DNA of 64,000 nucleotides, taken from NCBI GenBank assembly GCA_045650465.1, contig JAZRRF010000024.1:838-64837 (forward strand). The letters run 5' to 3'. A model generated the notes under the pieces. The model did not search any database and had not been told where the DNA came from. It saw only the letters and a program-made list of their open reading frames with translations. This stretch comes from Alistipes sp. GTDB taxonomy: Bacteria; Bacteroidota; Bacteroidia; Bacteroidales; Rikenellaceae. Numbering within the stretch: position 1 is the first letter of the stretch; the number at the start of each line of letters is the position of its first letter. The position numbers were made by a program, and so were the translations under genes. Shown piece by piece: positions 59,753-64,000 of the stretch.

Positions 59753-60224
59753 AATCAATGATTTTAGTTTCAACAACAGAATGTATCTCAAAATCCTGAC
59801 AAGTCTTGCTTAATGACATTGTCAACAAGTCATGTGCAGCTTCCACAGTTCCGCTGTGGATACAATAGAAGCGAGAAAGTTTTTTGACTTTACAAGTGAC
59901 TTCGTCTATCGTCGGGAATATAACTTTTGCCTTATAGAACCTATCACACTCCGTGTTGGCACCCTTGTTGCCTAAGAGCTGTTGCGCTTCGCCTTTAAGC
60001 TCGGTTACGATGCCATACTCGTCCTGCACTAAATCTTTGATTAGGGACTCTTTTATAGAGGTTACTCGTGCTTCACCGGTTATCTGAGAAGCAAGCAACT
60101 TGAGTATTCCTATTTCTGCTGTAGCGCAAGAATGTGTTCTTACAAGGTATTGTTCAGTCACTTTGGTGTTAAGGCCCTTTTCTCCGGCCCTCTCGTATTT
60201 TACGGTAAGTTCGTATAGTTGCAT
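59700..60224 (-). CDS. hypothetical protein
   Basis: 174-aa ATG-initiated ORF in the recombination module. Confidence 0.5.
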   Translation of the reverse strand: MQLYELTVKYERAGEKGLNTKVTEQYLVRTHSCATAEIGILKLLASQITGEARVTSIKESLIKDLVQDEYGIVTELKGEAQQLLGNKGANTECDRFYKAKVIFPTIDEVTCKVKKLSRFYCIHSGTVEAAHDLLTMSLSKTCQDFEIHSVVETKIIDYAFIVEMQKDDGVQSNP

Positions 60225-60226
60225 AA

Positions 60227-60664
60227 TTATATAAATTCTTTGTTCTCTTCAATTACTTGTTTGCAATGAATCAGGAACTCCTGCTCGTTGGCACTCGGGA
60301 GATAAATCCCCGCCACCGCACTGCTCCAGTTCCTGAACCTCTCTATAGCCGTTGTCATCTCCGCTGTGGTCAGTTCAGCCGTTGACCTTAAGAACTCCAC
60401 CCTTATTCCTTTTTTGTTGCTGTGAGCGCGTTTAAAAAGGTCGGCGTTGCAAGTCCTTTTGAAGATGTCCAGCTTCACCTCCTCGATGCTTAATCCATAC
60501 TCCGAACCGAAGTACCCCAAGAGGAGGTGCAAGTAGCTATTCTGCGCCAAAGAACGCTTCGGGTGAATCTTCTTCAGTTCCACCGTTGCACCATCGGAAA
60601 GGAGCTTGGCGACTTTTTCCTGAAACTTGGGTACTTCGTATTCGTTAGTAAGGTTGTAAATCAT
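60227..60664 (-). CDS. NinB/Orf-like recombination mediator
   Basis: VELKKIHPKRSLAQNSYLHLLLGYF compares with lambda NinB VVTIQERNRSLDQNRKLWACLGDV. Confidence 0.5.
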   Translation of the reverse strand: MIYNLTNEYEVPKFQEKVAKLLSDGATVELKKIHPKRSLAQNSYLHLLLGYFGSEYGLSIEEVKLDIFKRTCNADLFKRAHSNKKGIRVEFLRSTAELTTAEMTTAIERFRNWSSAVAGIYLPSANEQEFLIHCKQVIEENKEFI

Positions 60665-60667
60665 AGA

Positions 60668-60973
60668 TTAGAAAGGGAGATCATCGTCATCACTCACACT
60701 TGGCGCAGCGTTAATCTGCTCGGCCGTCGCCTGCGGCTGTGGCTCATAAGTCTGCAAGTCACCAATGTAATAGTTCACACCCTCCTTGCGTTCCTCCTTC
60801 TTGGGAGCACAGCTCACCGAGTGGGTGTAGGTTTTGCCGTCAAAGATTGATGGCGTCTTCTTCTCACCGATAAAGATGTTAAGGTAAATCCTCTCCTTGC
60901 CATCCTTACACATTACTTTCTTCATCTGCTCGCGAGGAATGTCGCTGAGACAGATACTACCAAATAGATTCAT
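60668..60973 (-). CDS. SSB-like protein with canonical acidic C-terminal tip
   Basis: 101 aa ending SDDDDLPF (bacterial SSB tips end DDDIPF); lies between the exonuclease and NinB-like genes. Confidence 0.5.
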   Translation of the reverse strand: MNLFGSICLSDIPREQMKKVMCKDGKERIYLNIFIGEKKTPSIFDGKTYTHSVSCAPKKEERKEGVNYYIGDLQTYEPQPQATAEQINAAPSVSDDDDLPF

Positions 60974-60978
60974 AGTTC

Positions 60979-61860
60979 TTAATTTCTTATTGTAATTCTT
61001 AATGACTCTTTTCTCGTTGATTTCTTTAGATACTGTTTGTACAGTTCCGGATGCTCCTTCTGGAACTTCTTCGTGTCAAAATTATCGCTCTTGCTTGCCG
61101 GGCTGTAGGTAGCCTTCAGCTCTTCAGTATCCCACGACTTGACACCGTGCTCCTTCATAGCCGCGAGAAGTTGCTCCTGAATATCTTCGTATCTCTTCTT
61201 GTAGTAGTCGGCCATCTCCTTCGCCTCAATGAGAATATCCACCGCACTGCGAGTGATAAGCTGCTTCTCATCCTTTACCGGAACGAGATACATCTCACCG
61301 TTCTTCTCGCACTCCATCAGCTTAATGATTTCCTCGGTAGGCTTGCGCTCAACCTCAACAAGTTTCGCAATCTCATCTCTTAACCACACCGCGAAAAGTC
61401 TTGCAACCTTCAAGTGGGGGTTCTGCAGTTCAAACAGATAAGCATAAATCGAAAGCTGCCAAGCAACATACTCTTCGTCAAGGTGGCTTGTAGTCTTGAT
61501 GTCCGCAAGCACAACCTCGCCATCCTTCTCCCACACACAGTCAATGTTACTTGCGAAATACTCATTGTCACTAACAGTGTACTCGTTGCACAACACCGTG
61601 AAATCCTTTCGAAGTTCCAAATAGTTCTTGCCTTCTGTAGTCTGTGGCTCAAGGCCTGTAGCATCGGCGAACTCGCAGTCATCATGTATCATTGTACCGC
61701 GTTCAGCGGCTCGTTGAAGCACGAATGCCGGAATATCCTTGTACTTGTCGGCAAACAACTGACGGAATAGCATCCCTGTTATGCCGTGCAATATCTTTCC
61801 GTTAAGGGTATAGGTGTGCTCGTCTTTGTCGAACACTACCCACGATTGATTAAGTTTCAT
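60979..61860 (-). CDS. PD-(D/E)XK-family exonuclease
   Basis: GTMIHDDCEF ... SNIDCVW ... VVLADIKTTSH (D ... D.K pattern); immediately downstream of the ERF gene. Confidence 0.6.
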   Translation of the reverse strand: MKLNQSWVVFDKDEHTYTLNGKILHGITGMLFRQLFADKYKDIPAFVLQRAAERGTMIHDDCEFADATGLEPQTTEGKNYLELRKDFTVLCNEYTVSDNEYFASNIDCVWEKDGEVVLADIKTTSHLDEEYVAWQLSIYAYLFELQNPHLKVARLFAVWLRDEIAKLVEVERKPTEEIIKLMECEKNGEMYLVPVKDEKQLITRSAVDILIEAKEMADYYKKRYEDIQEQLLAAMKEHGVKSWDTEELKATYSPASKSDNFDTKKFQKEHPELYKQYLKKSTRKESLRITIRN

Positions 61861-62462
61861 TGTCTTGGATGTTTTACACCCTGCTCAGTGCAGGCCTTTT
61901 TAAATGATTCCTCTTTGCTGAACTGTGGATACTTCTTCCAGCAGGCAACCACCTCTTCGTATGATTCAGTATCATACATCTCCGCAATAGCCTCCTCAAG
62001 AGTAACCACCTTTGGTTTCTCAACAACCTTTTCGGCCTTTCCGCCCTTTCCGCCCTTTTGGCCTTTCTCGGTGAACTCCTTCGAGGTGTTCAGGCTATCG
62101 GCATCTATACCATCATCAATAGCAAATAGACCATTGAGCGCATACTTCCTTGCATAAGAAGACACCGCACCGGTTATCTGCGCCTCGTCCATGCCCTTCT
62201 TTGTCTCCTCCTCTCTGGCACATCCCTTGGCGGAGATAGTTTCACCGGCAGAATTGATGAGCGTAGCAGTAGCTTCAACATAGAACCTACCACCTATCTC
62301 CTTAATCTCGTCACTGATATTGAGGATACATCCATGCTCCTTGAGCAGCGGCTTTGCCGCCTTCAGTATATCCTCTGCACTACGGTAGTTGTACCCACCG
62401 AACTTGTTAGTGCGGTTCTTGGGCACATTCAGCGCAAACTGAATGTCGATAAGTTCTTTCAT
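61857..62462 (-). CDS. erf: ERF-family single-strand annealing protein
   Basis: NKFGGYNYRSAEDILKAAKPLLKEHG ... DEAQITGAVSSYARKYALNGLFAID. Confidence 0.7.
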   Translation of the reverse strand: MKELIDIQFALNVPKNRTNKFGGYNYRSAEDILKAAKPLLKEHGCILNISDEIKEIGGRFYVEATATLINSAGETISAKGCAREEETKKGMDEAQITGAVSSYARKYALNGLFAIDDGIDADSLNTSKEFTEKGQKGGKGGKAEKVVEKPKVVTLEEAIAEMYDTESYEEVVACWKKYPQFSKEESFKKACTEQGVKHPRQ

Positions 62463-62626
62463 AACTTCAACATATTAGCAATGATTTCCAACTTCGCCTT
62501 GAGCTTCGCGTTCTCGTCGGCGTAATAGTCTTTCACAGAGCGAGCATTCTTCAACTCCTTCTCTTGTTTCTCTACAAGTTCAATCAATTCCTCCTTTGTG
62601 AGGTTATTTAAATCCTTTTCTGCCAT
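62459..62626 (-). CDS. small coiled-coil protein (below ORF-track cutoff)
   Basis: Hand-translated 55 aa MAEKDLNNLTKEELIELVEKQEKELKNARSVKDYYADENAKLKAKLEIIANMLKL; stop overlaps the erf ATG (ATGA). Confidence 0.4.
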   Translation of the reverse strand: MAEKDLNNLTKEELIELVEKQEKELKNARSVKDYYADENAKLKAKLEIIANMLKL

Positions 62627-62641
62627 AACTGTAAATGTTTA

Positions 62642-62917
62642 TTATCTGTTAAAATAATCCTGTTCTCTGTTCTGCAACACCCTCAACTCCGCCATCTTCA
62701 ACTCAATTTTACCCGGGCGGATATGAGGCATAATCTCCTCGTTCCTCAGCCATCGGTCCACATTCGCGCGGCCGAACAACTCATAAGTCCTGCGCTTGCT
62801 AACGAACTCCGGCTCATCCTTCTGCTCACGGAGCATACTCACAACCGTAGTAGCCACATCCCTCAAGAACACATCATAAGGGATAGACTTGTCACTAAAA
62901 TCTAAGATTGTTTGCAT
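62642..62917 (-). CDS. hypothetical protein
   Basis: 91-aa ATG-initiated ORF. Confidence 0.5.
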   Translation of the reverse strand: MQTILDFSDKSIPYDVFLRDVATTVVSMLREQKDEPEFVSKRRTYELFGRANVDRWLRNEEIMPHIRPGKIELKMAELRVLQNREQDYFNR

Positions 62918-63001
62918 GGTGGTTCAATTACAAATTCAACATATTTCTTTATCACAGTGCAATACCTGCCGTTCAGGCAGTTAATAGCCTTGGTGCAAGT
63001 C

Positions 63002-63196
63002 TCACACCTTAATTGGCTTGATGTAATGCCCATTATACTTCTTCATTGCCAGTTCACGAATCTGTTCATCCTTCTCGCTACCCCAACGACCTTTCAGCGC
63101 GTTGGTCACCGTGTTGGGATGACATCCCAACTCTGCCGCAATCTGCACATTCGAGCCTCGCGGCGTCGATATCTCTCTTAATTTCTTTCTCTTCAT
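63002..63196 (-). CDS. small HTH DNA-binding protein
   Basis: REISTPRGSNVQIAAELGCHPNTVTNALKGRWG. Confidence 0.6.
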   Translation of the reverse strand: MKRKKLREISTPRGSNVQIAAELGCHPNTVTNALKGRWGSEKDEQIRELAMKKYNGHYIKPIKV

Positions 63197-63353
63197 TCTT
63201 TCTATCTATGTATTTAATTATCTTACCGGCAACGCGTCTCGCGTTGTCATTCTTGTTCGTTCTCGGAATATCTTTTGTCACCGCAATAAAGTGCCGGAAC
63301 AAATTCTGCACCTCTATTGCCGTCTTATCGCTAATCTCAATCATAGGGTACAT
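63078..63353 (-). CDS. hypothetical protein (its 3' end overlaps the HTH gene in another frame)
   Basis: ATG at 63353 or 63344. The N-terminal two thirds look protein-like; the last roughly 40 codons overlap ORF 63002-63196 and look less so. Confidence 0.35.
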   Translation of the reverse strand: MYPMIEISDKTAIEVQNLFRHFIAVTKDIPRTNKNDNARRVAGKIIKYIDRKNEEKEIKRDIDAARLECADCGRVGMSSQHGDQRAERSLG

Positions 63354-63516
63354 AATATTTTTCCCTGTACTCCGGTACAGCATTCTCATATTCCTCCTCG
63401 GTACACGGGTGCGATTCCATCGTGTCAGGATCTACTACCGCGTATTCAAGCCTCGCGGCCTTAACCGGCATACAATAAGGGCAACCATTGTCGCCGCAGT
63501 ATGGACACTCACTCAT
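63337..63516 (-). CDS. small Cys-rich protein
   Basis: ATG at 63516 (MSECPYCGDNGCPYC); the ORF-track start is GTG. Confidence 0.45.
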   Translation of the reverse strand: MSECPYCGDNGCPYCMPVKAARLEYAVVDPDTMESHPCTEEEYENAVPEYREKYYVPYD

Positions 63517-63658
63517 AGCTATCAAGTTTTTTGCCACAAAAGACGGCCACAGCTGCACATGCCACAGCGAATGCCGCTGAGGCGTAAGTCATACCAGTTG
63601 CGAATAGCACGCAGCCAACCATAGCAGCTGTCATTGCTCTGTCGTAAAATCGTTTCAT
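63509..63658 (-). CDS. small membrane protein (below ORF-track cutoff)
   Basis: Hand-translated 49 aa MKRFYDRAMTAAMVGCVLFATGMTYASAAFAVACAAVAVFCGKKLDSYE; stop overlaps the next ATG; first ORF of the early operon. Confidence 0.4.
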   Translation of the reverse strand: MKRFYDRAMTAAMVGCVLFATGMTYASAAFAVACAAVAVFCGKKLDSYE

Positions 63659-63930
63659 AATTATATCGTTTTAAAATTCTTCAATCAAAAAACTCCTGGA
63701 GCCTCACGGCGGCAGGAGAAACACAAACTTATTATGATGAAAAAACAATTTCCGCACGCTTGCGGAGTGGATGCCGAGGGCTTGAACCTCCTGAACGAAG
63801 CAGAACATGATTAAACTTTTTTGCCCCATATCCGGCGCTGCATCCGTGCGGAGGCCGAAGCCTCCTGAAACTAAAATCAACTCAAAATATATAGCTACAA
63901 AACCGAGCCTCACGGCTTGAGTTTATCAAA

Positions 63931-63990
63931 CTGAAAAGTGAAAGGTGAAAAGTGAAAACAGTTTTCCGCTTTCCGCTCTAACCTTTAACC
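63931..63990 (+). repeat. heptad-periodic motif array in plus orientation (CTGAAAA GTGAAAG GTGAAAA GTGAAAA CAGTTTT CCGCTTT CCGCTCT AACCTTT AACCTTA)
   Basis: 7-nt periodicity read directly. Same GTGAAAR units as the arrays at 13864-13893 and 23581-23619, but on the opposite strand. Confidence 0.55.
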
Positions 63991-64000
63991 TTATAAGTTG

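Noticed and set aside
63704-63913. 69-aa minus-strand ORF upstream of the early operon
   Set aside because: It is translated through the hairpin-rich repeat region. The peptide is implausible, and the region is better explained as structured non-coding DNA or RNA.
1-64000. Stop-codon reassignment (as in some gut phages)
   Set aside because: All large genes, including a 13.4-kb ORF, read through cleanly with the standard code. The intergenic gaps contain terminators and repeats rather than interrupted reading frames.

Overview
The window is almost entirely one temperate phage genome segment. Its host is most likely Bacteroidota, judging by a Bacteroides-type tyrosine integrase, a DUF4373-like replication protein, lipobox lipoproteins, TAnnTTTG promoter boxes and no Shine-Dalgarno sites. 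No tape-measure or tail-tube gene is visible, so the virion looks podovirus-like.

Gene layout, left to right:
- 42-1538: plus-strand accessory cassette of two paralogous membrane proteins, a lipoprotein and a small beta-rich protein.
- About 1930-2215: attP-like site. It carries only the 3' 42 nt of a tRNA-Lys(CUU) between arm-type direct repeats.
- 2231-3424: integrase.
- 3487-17323 (minus strand): late block with small virion proteins, lysis genes (Amidase_3, u-spanin-like), a GT2 glycosyltransferase, a PLC-like protein, an internally duplicated tail fibre, capsid and scaffold.
- 17499-20167 (plus strand): terminase module.
- 20168-20680: 0.5-kb repeat-rich non-coding gap.
- 20681-46150 (minus strand): second late block with a 946-aa structural protein, the portal, an A+T-rich insert holding a KilA-N antirepressor and a lipoprotein, and three putative ejection proteins. 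One of these is a single 13.4-kb ORF of about 4470 aa with zincin, kinase-like and RadC/JAB motifs.
- 46356-47686 (plus strand): HTH / unknown / XRE module.
- 47906-50079: terminator-bounded SPFH lipoprotein cassette.
- 50138-63658 (minus strand): early genes. They include a second antirepressor, MazG-like and DUF4406-like proteins, an N6A methyltransferase, a protein built from 21 perfect 27-bp repeats, a replication initiator, NinG/NinB-like proteins, an SSB-like protein, an exonuclease and an ERF recombinase.

Most worth a second look: the giant polyvalent-type ORF, the att-proximal membrane cassette, the SPFH cassette, the 27-bp repeat gene, the GT2/PLC pair inside the structural operon, and several recurring non-coding motifs and structured leaders.

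All domain names come from reading the translations by eye. No profile or database search was run.
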